DNA of 64,000 nucleotides, taken from positions 544,001 through 608,000 of the forward strand of contig OY969801.1 in the NCBI GenBank assembly GCA_963703225.1. Direction: 5' to 3'. Made by a program: the position numbers and the translations under genes. The notes beneath the pieces are model-generated. The model did not search any database, was not told the DNA's origin, and was given only the letters and a program-made list of their open reading frames with translations. This document shows positions 1-14,773 of this stretch, in pieces. The DNA comes from Candidatus Eiseniibacteriota bacterium (lineage in GTDB: Bacteria > Eisenbacteria > RBG-16-71-46 > SZUA-252). Positions within the stretch are counted from its first letter, which is position 1, and every line of letters begins with the position of its first letter.

Positions 1-168
1 TCCGCGGGAACGGCGGGTGAAGTCTTCGCGGCGCTCGCCCAGGCGGGGGTGAACATCGACATCATCAGCACCTCCTCGATCACGATCACCTGCATCGTGC
101 GAAAGGTCGACGTGGAGCGCGCGGTTCGCTCGCTCCACGACGCTCTGCGCCTCGAGCAGGAGGCCTGA
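1..168 (+). CDS. lysC: Aspartate kinase, C-terminal ACT domain (5' partial)
   Basis: Frame 1 reads SAGTAGEVFAALAQAGVNIDIISTSSITITCIVRKVDVERAVRSLHDAL..*, the typical last ACT domain of aspartokinases. TGA at 166-168. Confidence 0.85.
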   Translation, partial: SAGTAGEVFAALAQAGVNIDIISTSSITITCIVRKVDVERAVRSLHDALRLEQEA

Positions 169-190
169 CCCAAGGCATGGCGGACCCTCC

Positions 191-944
191 ATGGAGATGC
201 GCGAGAAGCCATCGGTCCTTCGCCGCGGCGCGGCACCACCCGACGAGCGGACGTCGGCCATCTTTATCGCGGCGTCGTGCCTCCTGCACGCGGCCTTGCT
301 CACGTTCTTCGTGATGAAGGCCCGCCCGCCGCGCGAGATCTCCCTCCCCGCTTCGGCGGGGGCGTCTCACGCGCACGCAACTGGTTCGGCTCACGCCGCT
401 TCGGACCTTTCCCGCCCCGGAGGCGGCTTCGCCCGCCGCCGCGGCCACCTCACGCCCCAAGCCGGCGCTCATCAAGCGCTACACGCCGGGCGCCAAGGTG
501 GTGATCCGCACGGAGCGCGGGCCGGCCAAGCGGGGAGCCTCCGACGAGGCCAAGTCGCAGGCGCGGGAGGTCGCGCCGGCGCCGCAGGCCGATCTCACGC
601 CGCGCTGGTGGTCCTCCGATTCCACGCGGAGCACCAGCGTTTCGACCGACGGGGATTTTCGCTGGGCCTACTACCTCGCCGCCATCCGGAACAAGATCGG
701 CTCTCACTGGGTACCGCCACCCGGGCTCGACGCGCAGGGGCGCCAGGTCCACGCCACGCTCTATTTCCGCATCTCGAGGGACGGCCAAATTTCGGTGGCT
801 CAGGTCGAGGCCTCCTCGGGCCTTGCCTTCTTCGACCAGACGACGATGCGGGCGCTCCTCGCCGCGACGCCGCTCCCGCCGCTTCCGGCGGGTTTTGACG
901 ACAACTACCTGGGGGTCCACTTTGGGTTCGAATACCAGCAGTAG
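191..944 (+). CDS. tolA: TolA/TonB-family energy transducer (frameshifted near 358-366)
   Basis: ORF 191 gives the N-terminal TM with an S-x3-H motif (ASCLLHAALL). The +1 frame gives a Pro/Ala linker and a TonB_C-like domain (YYLAAIRNKIGSHW...FRISRDGQI...SSGLAFFD...PLPPLP). Lies directly before tolB-pal. Confidence 0.8.
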
Positions 945-2244
945 CGCCCATCGCCGCCTGATTCCCTGGCTCTTCTTGGCCGCGTCGCTTGCCTGGCCGA
1001 CGGCCGCCGGGACGCAGACCGACGTTCGAATCGGGATCAAGGCTTCGGGCACGGTCAAATCGCCGCTCATCCTCGCGCGCTTCCGCGCCGGCGCGGGCGC
1101 CGGCGCGGCCGCCGAGGAGGCGCACGCCATTCTCCGCCGCGACCTCGACCTCTGCGGCGTGTTCGCCGTCGCGGACGCGGAGCCGCTTCACGACAAGCTC
1201 TCGCCCGATCCGGCCATGACCGGGAGCGTGCGCGTCGAAGGCCTGGTCGAGGCCGCCGGCGCGGGCGCGTTTCAGTTCACGGGGGAGGTCTTCGACCTCG
1301 GGACCGCGGAGTCGGTCTTCCGGCGGAGTTATCCATTTGCCGCCGCCGAGGCCCGGGCGACGATGCACCGGTTCAACGACGACCTGCTCGAGTCGTTGAC
1401 CGGCGAGCGGGGTATCGCCGAGACCAAGCTCGCGTTCGTCCGCCAGGACGGAAAGCTCAAGGAAATCTGGGTCGCCGATTACGACGGCCAAAACGCCCGC
1501 CAGCTCACCCACGACCGGAGCATCGCCCTTTCACCCTCCTGGGCTCCCTGGGGCACAGAGATCGTGTTCACGACCTTCAAGCGCGGGAACCCGGACCTCT
1601 ATCTATTCGACCAGACCCGGGGGGCTTCCTACCCCTTCTCGACGCGCCCGGGGCTCAACACCGCGCCCTGCTACTCGCCGGACGGGAAGTGGATCGCGTG
1701 CACGCTCTCGCGCGACGGGAATGCCGAGATCTACCTGGTCAGCCGCGACGCGCAGACGGCACGCCGCCTCACCCGCAACGAGCGAATCGACTCCTCGCCC
1801 TCGTTCAGCCCCACCGGGCGGGAGATCGTGTTCACGTCGGACCGGTCGGGCTCGCCGCAGATCTACGTCATGGACAGCGAGGGATCGAACCAGCGGCTCC
1901 TCACGCTCGAGGGGAAGTACAACGATTCACCGCAGTGGTCCCCCAAGGCGGACAAGATCGTCTACGCCTCGCGCCATGACGCGATCTTCGACGTCATCGT
2001 GATGGACGCGAACGGACAGAACTCGGTGCAGATCACCTTCGACGCGGGGCACAACGAAAACCCACGTTGGTCGGCCGACGCGCGCAAAATCTATTTCAGC
2101 TCCACGCGCTCCGGCCGACGGCAGCTCTACATCATGAACACGGATGGCAGCGACGTCGTCCAACTGACGCAAGGGGAGGACTCGTTCAACCCGGCCCCAG
2201 GGCCGAGACCCCGAAAGCGGGCTTCGCCGGCCGGTTCGGGTTGA
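922..2244 (+). CDS. tolB: Tol-Pal beta-propeller protein TolB
   Basis: Signal peptide after the probable TTG at 922. PD40 repeats (SPSWAPWG, PCYSPDG, SPSFSPTG, SPQWSPKA, NPRWSADA). Context tolA-pal. Confidence 0.92.
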   Translation: MGSNTSSSAHRRLIPWLFLAASLAWPTAAGTQTDVRIGIKASGTVKSPLILARFRAGAGAGAAAEEAHAILRRDLDLCGVFAVADAEPLHDKLSPDPAMTGSVRVEGLVEAAGAGAFQFTGEVFDLGTAESVFRRSYPFAAAEARATMHRFNDDLLESLTGERGIAETKLAFVRQDGKLKEIWVADYDGQNARQLTHDRSIALSPSWAPWGTEIVFTTFKRGNPDLYLFDQTRGASYPFSTRPGLNTAPCYSPDGKWIACTLSRDGNAEIYLVSRDAQTARRLTRNERIDSSPSFSPTGREIVFTSDRSGSPQIYVMDSEGSNQRLLTLEGKYNDSPQWSPKADKIVYASRHDAIFDVIVMDANGQNSVQITFDAGHNENPRWSADARKIYFSSTRSGRRQLYIMNTDGSDVVQLTQGEDSFNPAPGPRPRKRASPAGSG

Positions 2245-2285
2245 TTTTTCCGGAATCGCTGTGCTAGCTTCCGGCTAGCCGGAAG
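2241..2285 (+). promoter_or_regulatory. Putative sigma70 promoter of pal overlapped by a perfect 18-bp palindrome
   Basis: TTGATT(2241-46)-N18-TAGCTT(2265-70). Palindrome CTTCCGGCTAGCCGGAAG at 2268-2285. Confidence 0.45.
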
Positions 2286-2327
2286 TCGTTGTCGCCCAAA
2301 CAACTGAACCGAATGGGGGATTATCTT

Positions 2328-2849
2328 ATGAGCCGATCGCCAAGGATTGCGATGCTCGCACTCGCGGTCATTCTTGCCGCCGCCCTCGCGGCCCTGGGAT
2401 GCGCTTCGAGAAAGCAAGTCACCACGGCCACGCCCGAGGCGCCGCCGTCGACGCCGGCCGAGACCCAGGCGCCACCGCCGCCTCCTCCGCCGTCCGGCGC
2501 GGAGACGACCGAGCCTCAAACGTCGCTCCAGGACGCGTTTTTTGACTTTGATGAAGCGTCGCTCCGCGCGGACGCCAAGTCGGCTCTCGAAAACAACGCG
2601 CGGCACCTCGAACGGAACGGGAACATGAGAGCGATCGTCGAGGGACATTGCGATGAGCGCGGCTCGGTGGAGTACAACCTGGCGCTCGGCGAGCGCCGCG
2701 CCAAGGCCGCGAAGGACTTTCTCGTGAGCTACGGCATTGCCTCCGGCCGGCTCACCACCATTTCATACGGCAAGGAGCGGCCGTTCGATTCCGGCCACGA
2801 CGAGTCCGCATGGGCCAAGAACCGCCGCGCCCACTTCGTGGCGAAGTGA
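2328..2849 (+). CDS. pal: Peptidoglycan-associated lipoprotein Pal
   Basis: Lipobox ALGC. OmpA-like motifs VEGHCDERGSVEYNLALGERRA and SYGKERP...NRR. ATG 2328 follows GGGGA. Confidence 0.95.
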   Translation: MSRSPRIAMLALAVILAAALAALGCASRKQVTTATPEAPPSTPAETQAPPPPPPPSGAETTEPQTSLQDAFFDFDEASLRADAKSALENNARHLERNGNMRAIVEGHCDERGSVEYNLALGERRAKAAKDFLVSYGIASGRLTTISYGKERPFDSGHDESAWAKNRRAHFVAK

Positions 2850-3616
2850 CCGGAAGGCACCCACACCTCCTCGCCGCCGCGGCGCTCGAAGGCGCCCTCA
2901 TGCTGGTGGTGGCGGGCTGCGCGCCTGGCGGCTACTACAACACCAGCCAGTCGGCGCTCGACAGCCTGCTGACGACGCAGGGCGAGATGATGAAGCGGGT
3001 CACCGCGCTCGAGCGGAAGGTGGACGCCAATCGCGAGGCGCAGCAGGCCACCCGGGCCAATACCGACGCCCGGCTGCTCGAGATCTCGCAGCGGTTGGAC
3101 GTGCTGGGGGGGCAGCTCGAGGATTCGGGCGTCCGCTTCACCGCGCTCTCGCAGAAGGTCGATACCGTCAAGTACAAGCTCACCGCGGCCGACAGCGCGC
3201 GGGCGGCTTCGGGCTACGCGGCGCGGGACACCACCGGGTCGGTCGATCCCGAGGCGATGTATCAGGCCGCGTACTCGGACGTGGCCGCTGGCCGCTACAG
3301 CCTGGCGCGCGAGTCGTTTCAGACCTACTTGAAGCAGTTCCCGGACACGGAAGTGGCGGACAACGCCCAGTACTGGATCGGGGAGTGCAACTACGTGACG
3401 GGAGATTTCGCGGGCGCGATCGCCGAGTTTCAGAAGGTGGTGCAGAACTATCCGAAGGGTGACAAAGTCCCCGCGGCGCTCCTCAAGATCGGGATTTCGT
3501 ATTCGCGGTTGAAAAATACCGAAGAGGCGAACAAGTACTACCGGACGCTGATTCAAAAATATCCGAAGAGCCCCGAGGCCGCCGCGGCCAAGGAGCGGCT
3601 CCCGAAGAAGCCTTAG
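2846..3616 (+). CDS. cpoB: Tol-Pal protein YbgF/CpoB (coiled coil + TPR), predicted lipoprotein
   Basis: GTGA overlap with pal. VVAGC lipobox. TPRs ADNAQYWIGE and YPKGDKVPAALLKIG. Confidence 0.88.
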   Translation: MTGRHPHLLAAAALEGALMLVVAGCAPGGYYNTSQSALDSLLTTQGEMMKRVTALERKVDANREAQQATRANTDARLLEISQRLDVLGGQLEDSGVRFTALSQKVDTVKYKLTAADSARAASGYAARDTTGSVDPEAMYQAAYSDVAAGRYSLARESFQTYLKQFPDTEVADNAQYWIGECNYVTGDFAGAIAEFQKVVQNYPKGDKVPAALLKIGISYSRLKNTEEANKYYRTLIQKYPKSPEAAAAKERLPKKP

Positions 3617-3635
3617 CTCTCGACCGCGTATCCGC

Positions 3636-4385
3636 TCAGCCGGCGGGTTTGCGCGCCGAGAGCGTCAGGACGTGGCCGCCCCGCGATTTCTTGGAGTGCC
3701 ACTTCGCGGTATCCAAACCCAGCCGCCGCGTGATCGTCCGGCCAAAGGGCAGAAACCACCATCCGACGATCGGGTTGTGCGCCACGAATTCCATCGAGCT
3801 GATTCCCGCGGCCTGGGCGAGCGCGCGAAACCGCGCCTCGTTCAGGTCGTCCTCGTAGCCGAAGATCCACTTCCCCCTCCACTGCGCGAGCTTCTTTCCG
3901 ACGATGAAGGGAAGATCCATCGCGTTCGGCACCGCGATGATGAGGAGGCCGCCGGGCTTGGTCACGCGCCACATTTCTCGGATGAGCGAGGTTTTTCCCT
4001 CGTCGCTGAAGTGCTCAATGACCCCGCCGTTCCAGACGACGTCGAACGTCCCGTCCCGAAATCCCATCTGAATGCCGTCCATGCGCCAGAAGTCGGCGGC
4101 GAGGTGGAGCTGGGCGAAGTGCTCCCGGGCCGTGGCGAGCGCCTTCGGCGAGAGGTCGACCAGCGTGACCCGTGCCCCGAGCCCGGCGAGGACGGCGCTG
4201 GTGGTGCCCGACCCGCAGCCCACCTCGCAGGTGGACCGCCCACTCGGCGGCCCGATCAGATCCAGCAGGTGCTCCTGATAGGCGCGGTAGTCGGGGGCCG
4301 AAAGATCGATCCCGGCGTAGGTCTCCGCCACGCGGTCCCAGATCTGGACCAAATCCGGCTGCTGGTACGACCCTGAGCCTGGCAT
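3636..4385 (-). CDS. Class I SAM-dependent methyltransferase
   Basis: Motif I EVGCGSG, then VDLS and [13 protein letters not shown]...RVTKPGG. The real start is probably ATG at 4385; the rest of ORF 3636..5888 is clpB antisense. Confidence 0.85.
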   Translation of the reverse strand: MPGSGSYQQPDLVQIWDRVAETYAGIDLSAPDYRAYQEHLLDLIGPPSGRSTCEVGCGSGTTSAVLAGLGARVTLVDLSPKALATAREHFAQLHLAADFWRMDGIQMGFRDGTFDVVWNGGVIEHFSDEGKTSLIREMWRVTKPGGLLIIAVPNAMDLPFIVGKKLAQWRGKWIFGYEDDLNEARFRALAQAAGISSMEFVAHNPIVGWWFLPFGRTITRRLGLDTAKWHSKKSRGGHVLTLSARKPAG

Positions 4386-4421
4386 GAGAAGGGGCGCATT
4401 CTCCCACGCGGGGGGATCGCC

Positions 4422-4450
4422 TTCAAGGCGGGCGGCGCCCCTGATATAAT
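4422..4450 (+). promoter_or_regulatory. Putative sigma70 promoter of clpB
   Basis: TTCAAG-N17-TATAAT with extended TGn, about 45 nt upstream of the ATG. Confidence 0.5.
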
Positions 4451-4496
4451 CGTCCGGCCAACGACCCACACCCCGCTCCCCACTTGGATTCGATCG

Positions 4497-7128
<2,632 letters not shown>

Positions 7129-7240
7129 CTTTCCCGCTTGACGCTTCGCGCGGCCGGACGGTAGCGTGGCGAGTCTCGTTTCCCTTGTGATGCTCCAGCC
7201 GCCCAATCCAGCGACACGCCCACGGCAATTCGGGGAGCTC

Positions 7241-7705
7241 ATGCACCTGTCCGAGCTGCTCAACGACAAAGCCGTCAGCCTCTCCCTCGCCGCCCGAGAC
7301 AAGGAATCCTGCATCAAGGAGCTGGTCCAGCTCCTGGAAGCCGCCCACGGCGTGAACACGCGCGGCGAGATCCTGAGCAAGGTGCTCCAGCGCGAATCGA
7401 TGATGTCGACCGGGATCGGGAACGGCGTCGCGATCCCTCACGGAAAGACCCGCCTCCTCGATCACCTGGTCGCGGCGTGCGGCGTCTCTCCGGCCGGGAT
7501 CGAGTTCGACTCCATGGACGGCGAGCCGGCCACCCTCTTCATCCTCCTGGTCTCGCCGGAGAGCCTCCGCGGCCCCCACGTGAAGGCGCTGGCCAATGTC
7601 TCGAGGCTTTTAAAGGAAGAGACGGTCCGCGCATCCCTCCGCCAGAGCGCCACGCCGGAGGACTTTCTCGCTTGCCTTCGGGACGCCGAGGGGCGATACC
7701 TCTAG
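7241..7705 (+). CDS. PTS EIIA (fructose/nitrogen family) protein
   Basis: RESMMSTGIGNGVAIPHGK phospho-His motif. ATG 7241 follows GGGGAG. Upstream TTGACG-N18-TAGCGT near 7138. Confidence 0.9.
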   Translation: MHLSELLNDKAVSLSLAARDKESCIKELVQLLEAAHGVNTRGEILSKVLQRESMMSTGIGNGVAIPHGKTRLLDHLVAACGVSPAGIEFDSMDGEPATLFILLVSPESLRGPHVKALANVSRLLKEETVRASLRQSATPEDFLACLRDAEGRYL

Positions 7706-7765
7706 GAACCCCCCTCTCAGGCAGGAACCCCCCGGTTGACGCGGGCCAAGCCCGCTTGGTACCTT
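7704..7765 (+). promoter_or_regulatory. 11-bp direct repeat abutting a putative sigma70 promoter
   Basis: AGGAACCCCCC at 7704-14 and 7723-33, then TTGACG(7736-41)-N18-TACCTT. Confidence 0.35.
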
Positions 7766-7812
7766 TCTCGCACACTGCTGCCGTGTCCCCCAGAAAGGAG
7801 CAACTCCCTTTT

Positions 7813-9175
7813 ATGAAGTGGAATCGAGGGTTATGGGCGGGGGCCTGCCTTTTCCTGTTCCTCTCAGGGTGCTCGAGACAACGACGACAAGAAGGTCAGC
7901 GGCGCGGGAGCCTACTCTCCCATCATCACGGGCGTCGCGGCCGACAATGAGCCCGCGGTCCGCGGCGAGGCAAACGCGTTCACGGCCCTCGTCACGAACG
8001 TGAATGGCTACCCGGTTACCTACCACTGGAGCGCGGGCGCGGGGATCCTCACCGACTCGACGGGGGAGACAGCGAGCTGGACGGCCTCGGAGCTCGTCGG
8101 CACCAATTTGGTGCCCCTTGCGATCGGCACCTATCCGGTGACCCTTTCGATCACGGCGCACGATGCCGCCTCCAACAAGGACTTCTTCCAGAAGACGACG
8201 TTCCAGATTTTCACCGACAACGAATTCACGCGGTGGACGACGAGCCCGGAGGTCCAGTTCGATCCCGACCCCATGCCCTCGGGCGGCGTGATCTTCGCGC
8301 AGATGCGGGATGCGACGACCGGCGCGGCCGATGTCTACAGCAGCACCGCCCCCGGCTTCTCCCCGACCCAGCTCACGACCGGCTTCGCCACGCTCACGTC
8401 GCCCACGATGCGCGCCGACGGGCTGCAGTTCGCGTTCGCGGGGAAGGGATCGTCGTCCGAGGCCGGCCCGTCGATCTGGCTGCTCCCGGCCCCCGCCGGC
8501 GGGGATCCCTCGACGGCCGTCCTTGCCGTGCAGAACAATTCGGACCAAAAGGGGCTCTGGGCCCCGCGCTTCGCGCGGGCCGGCAACTGGCTGCTCTACA
8601 ATTCCGACTCCGGCTCTTCACCCAATCCCCGGCCCTGGTTCCGAGACGCGTTCGATCTGGGCGCCCACCCAGAGCGCGTGATCGCCCTTGGCGTGTTCCT
8701 CAATGCGAGTGCGTTCTACCAGCCGGCCTGGGGCGCTGACACGGACGGCAACGGGCTGCCCGATTCCGTCGTCTGCCCGGCCTTTGGCTTTTTCGGATTC
8801 TCAAATCAACAGGCGCGCGGGATCTACAAGTTCCCGACCCGGCCGGAGCAAACGACCGCGACCCAGTGGTTGGCCGACAGCGCCGCCACCGAGCTCGATT
8901 GGTCGCCCGACGGCCAGCACGTCGTCTACGCGAAGCGAAACCCCTCGGTCGGCGACAGGGACATCTGGATCATCAACGCGGCCTCCATGAACCCGGCCAC
9001 GGCCACGCGGGTGACCTTCGGGCCCGCGGACGATTCCCATCCGAGGTTTTCCCCGGACAACAAGACCATTTTCTTCGTCTCGAATCGCGCGAATCACTAC
9101 GGGTTGAACGGGATCTACAACACCGAGCGGCGGGGAACCAATATCTGGAGCGTCGCCGGGTTTGACAGCCCCTAG
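7813..9175 (+). CDS. Lipoprotein with Ig/PKD-like domain and TolB-like PD40 repeats (frameshifted near 7876)
   Basis: MKWNRGLWAGACLFLFLSGC lipobox. The +1 frame DNDDKKVSGAGAYSPIITG... joins ORF 8000..9175, which has WSPDG and HPRFSPD repeats. Confidence 0.75.
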
Positions 9176-9611
9176 TACCGAGTCCGGAGGGCCCGGCCCG
9201 AGAGGCTGGGCCCTTTTTCTGCGCTATTGGCTTCCCGTCCTCGTCTACATCGCGCTCATCTTCTCGGGCTCCTCGGTCAAAGGAGCCGACCTGCCGAGCC
9301 TCTACCCGTACATGGACAAGATCGCGCACTTGTTGGAGTATTCGCTGCTCGGGCTTTTGCTGGGCCGCGCGGTTCGCGCCACCATGGCCGGATGGAGCAC
9401 GGTCATCCTCACGTTTGTGACGGTCGGGTGCGGGGGGATGATCGGTCTGGTGGACGAGCTCTATCAGCGGTCCGTGCCAGGACGCCAGAGCGATCCGCTC
9501 GACTGGCTGACCGACGTGACGGCGATCGCGGCTGCGATCCTCCTCGCGCAGGTGCTCCACTTACGTCCGCTGAGCGGCGGCGGGCCGTCACCCAAAGACT
9601 CAAGCCGCTAG
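9162..9611 (+). CDS. VanZ-family membrane protein
   Basis: DKIAHLLEYSLLG and DELYQRSVPGRQSDPLDWLTD motifs. Confidence 0.85.
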   Translation: MTAPSTESGGPGPRGWALFLRYWLPVLVYIALIFSGSSVKGADLPSLYPYMDKIAHLLEYSLLGLLLGRAVRATMAGWSTVILTFVTVGCGGMIGLVDELYQRSVPGRQSDPLDWLTDVTAIAAAILLAQVLHLRPLSGGGPSPKDSSR

Positions 9612-9623
9612 GGAGAGCCGGCG

Positions 9624-10925
9624 TTGGCGAGCAAGTTTCAGGTACCCCGAGGCACCCGCGACATCCTCCCGGGAGAGAGCGAGCGCTGGGACTGGCTCGA
9701 GTCGCGCACGCGCGACATCCTGAGCCGGTACGGATACCGGGAGGTGCGGACGCCGATGTTCGAGGCGACCGACCTCTTCGTGCGAAGCGTCGGCGAAGCG
9801 ACCGACATCGTCCGCAAGGAGCTCTACACCTTTCGAGGATCGGAAGGGTCGCTCGCTGACGCTCCGTCCGGAAGGGACCGCGCCGCTCGTCCGGGCCTAT
9901 CTGGAGCACTCCCTGGGACACGCCGATCCGACGACCCGGCTCTACTACATCGGGCCGATGTTCCGGTACGAACGCCCGCAGGCGGGGCGCTACCGGCAGT
10001 TCTGGCAGATCGGGGCGGAGCTTCTGGGCCCTCCGGCGCCGGCGGCCGACGCCGAGATGATCGACCTCTTCGTCTCGATCCTGCGCGGGGCGGGGCTACA
10101 CGGGATTTCCGTGCACGTGAACTCGCTGGGAGACGATGTCTGCCGGCCGGTCTATCGGGAGAGCCTCCGGGCGTACTTCACCGCGAACGTGGATCGTCTC
10201 TGTGAGGACTGCCGCGAGCGCCTGAAGACGAACCCGCTTCGCATCCTCGACTGCAAGGTTCCCTCGTGTCAGCCGGTCATCGCGGGCGCCCCCAGCGTGC
10301 TCGATTCGCTTTGCGACCCGTGCCGGCAGCACTTCGATGGCGTCAAGGCCGCGCTCGACGCGCTCGGCCTGGCGCACACGGAGGTGCCCCGCCTGGTGCG
10401 CGGGCTCGATTACTACACGCGCACCGTATTCGAAGCCTACGCCGAGGGGATCGGCGCCCAGAACGCCGTCGGCGGCGGCGGACGCTACGATCAGCTGGTG
10501 CGCGACTTTGGCGGGCCGGCCACGCCGTCGATCGGTTTCTCGATCGGCATGGAGCGTCTCCTGATGTCCACCGGCGGGTTGGAGCAGGAATCCGTGCTCA
10601 AGCCCGACGTCTGCATCGTGGCCCAGGAGCCCGAGGCCGCGCTGAGCGCGCTCCGATTGGCGCGCGCGCTCCGCGGGCTCGACGACCGCGAGCCCTCGTC
10701 TGCGCTTCGCGTGATGGTGGATCTCAACGGGCGGAGCGCGTCGGCGCAAATGAAATGGGCATCCAAGATCCAGGGCCGATTCGTGGTGTTCGTTCCGCCC
10801 GACTCGGGCGGCTACGCCATCCGCGACATGGAGGCCGGGAAGGACGAAGAGCGGCAGAAGACTCCCGAATCGCTCCGGCAGTGGCTTCTGGAGAGGCGCG
10901 CCTCCGCGGCCTCGGTGGGGGCGCG

Positions 10926-10929
<4 letters not shown>
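9624..10929 (+). CDS. hisS: Histidyl-tRNA synthetase (frameshifted, extra T at 9831-33)
   Basis: PRGTRD, LTLRPEGTA (after removing one T), FRYERPQAGRYRQF, LVRGLDYYT, GGGRYD. Confidence 0.95.
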
Positions 10930-12719
<1,790 letters not shown>

Positions 12720-12855
12720 TCCGGCCGCCCGCGGAGGCGACCTCGGGTCCGACGGACGCGGCGGGGGCGGCCCTGCCTGGTACCCTTTCTGCAGTGAAAG
12801 GGGCGGGCAGCTCCCCGGCTATTGACTTCAGCGCCCCCAATGCTACGGTCGGAGG

Positions 12856-13236
12856 GTGGCCCGGGTGCCCCCAGCGAGGGTCCAAGAGCCTCCTAATTTG
12901 ATAGGATTAAATAGGTTAGCTTCTAATCAGATCAGCGCTCCAGCGGCGCCGCGGGCGGGCAAAGCAGGGCGGCCTGGGTCTTGTCGGGCGGCCCAGATCT
13001 GGCCGGCCCTGGTGCTCGGCTTCATGGCGGCCGGCTGCGGGGGGGCGACCGTTCCCTGTCCAACCCCAACAGCCGAGCTGGATCGGCTCCGGGCCGAATC
13101 GACCCAGGTCGAGCAGGAGCTCGACCGCGCGACCCAGGAGGAGCGGGAGAGTCGAACGGTGCTGAGCGACGCGGCCCAGCGGGTCCAGTCGGCGCAAGCG
13201 GCGCTCGATTCGCTCGCGGGGACGAACGCTCGATGA
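12856..13236 (+). CDS. Small hypothetical coiled-coil lipoprotein (start uncertain)
   Basis: LVLGFMAAGC lipobox followed by a heptad-rich helix. ATGA overlap with the next gene. Confidence 0.5.
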   Translation: MARVPPARVQEPPNLIGLNRLASNQISAPAAPRAGKAGRPGSCRAAQIWPALVLGFMAAGCGGATVPCPTPTAELDRLRAESTQVEQELDRATQEERESRTVLSDAAQRVQSAQAALDSLAGTNAR

Positions 13237-13770
13237 GGCTCAGGCATGCGGTCTGGGCGGCGTCGATGCTCCTCATCGGGAGTGGCTGCGGCAAACCGGT
13301 GCTTCGCCTGGCCGACGCCTCCCTGGGGGACTACTACACGGAGAAGGAGTACAAGAAGCTGAGCAAGGAGCAGCGCGAAGAATATTGCCAGGAGCTCGCG
13401 AATCAGCGCGAGAACTATGAAGCCGAGATCGCCGACGCCAGGGAAGCGCTCGACGCGATCCAGCGAAGCACCTCGGCCCGGCGCGCGGAGAGCGACTCGC
13501 TCCGGGCGCTGGCGGCGCGGCTCGAGGAGCGCGTCGGGGCCGAGCGGTCGGGGGGGGAACGCCGCGCGGCGAGATTCCGGGCGCGCCGACACCGGCACCC
13601 TCGAAGACCGGGAGCTACGTCGTGAAGCAGGGGGATTCCCTCTGGCGGATCAGCGGCCGCGCCGAAACTCTGGGCCGGTCCGCCGAATGGGCCCGCCTCT
13701 ACCAGGCGAACCGAGATCGAATCGCCGATCCCGATCGCATCTACCCAGGACAGGAGATCCAGATACCTCG

Positions 13771-13774
<4 letters not shown>
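13233..13774 (+). CDS. Lipoprotein with coiled coil and C-terminal LysM domain (frameshifted near G-run 13549-57)
   Basis: LLIGSGC lipobox. An alternate frame gives YVVKQGDSLWRISG...WARLYQANRDRIADPDRIYPGQEIQIPR*, a canonical LysM domain. Confidence 0.8.

Positions 13775-14762
<988 letters not shown>

Positions 14763-14773
<11 letters not shown>

Noticed and set aside
4386..4496. CIRCE or CtsR operator upstream of clpB
   Set aside because: No TTAGCACTC-N9-GAGTGCTAA and no GTCAAA tandem repeat seen.
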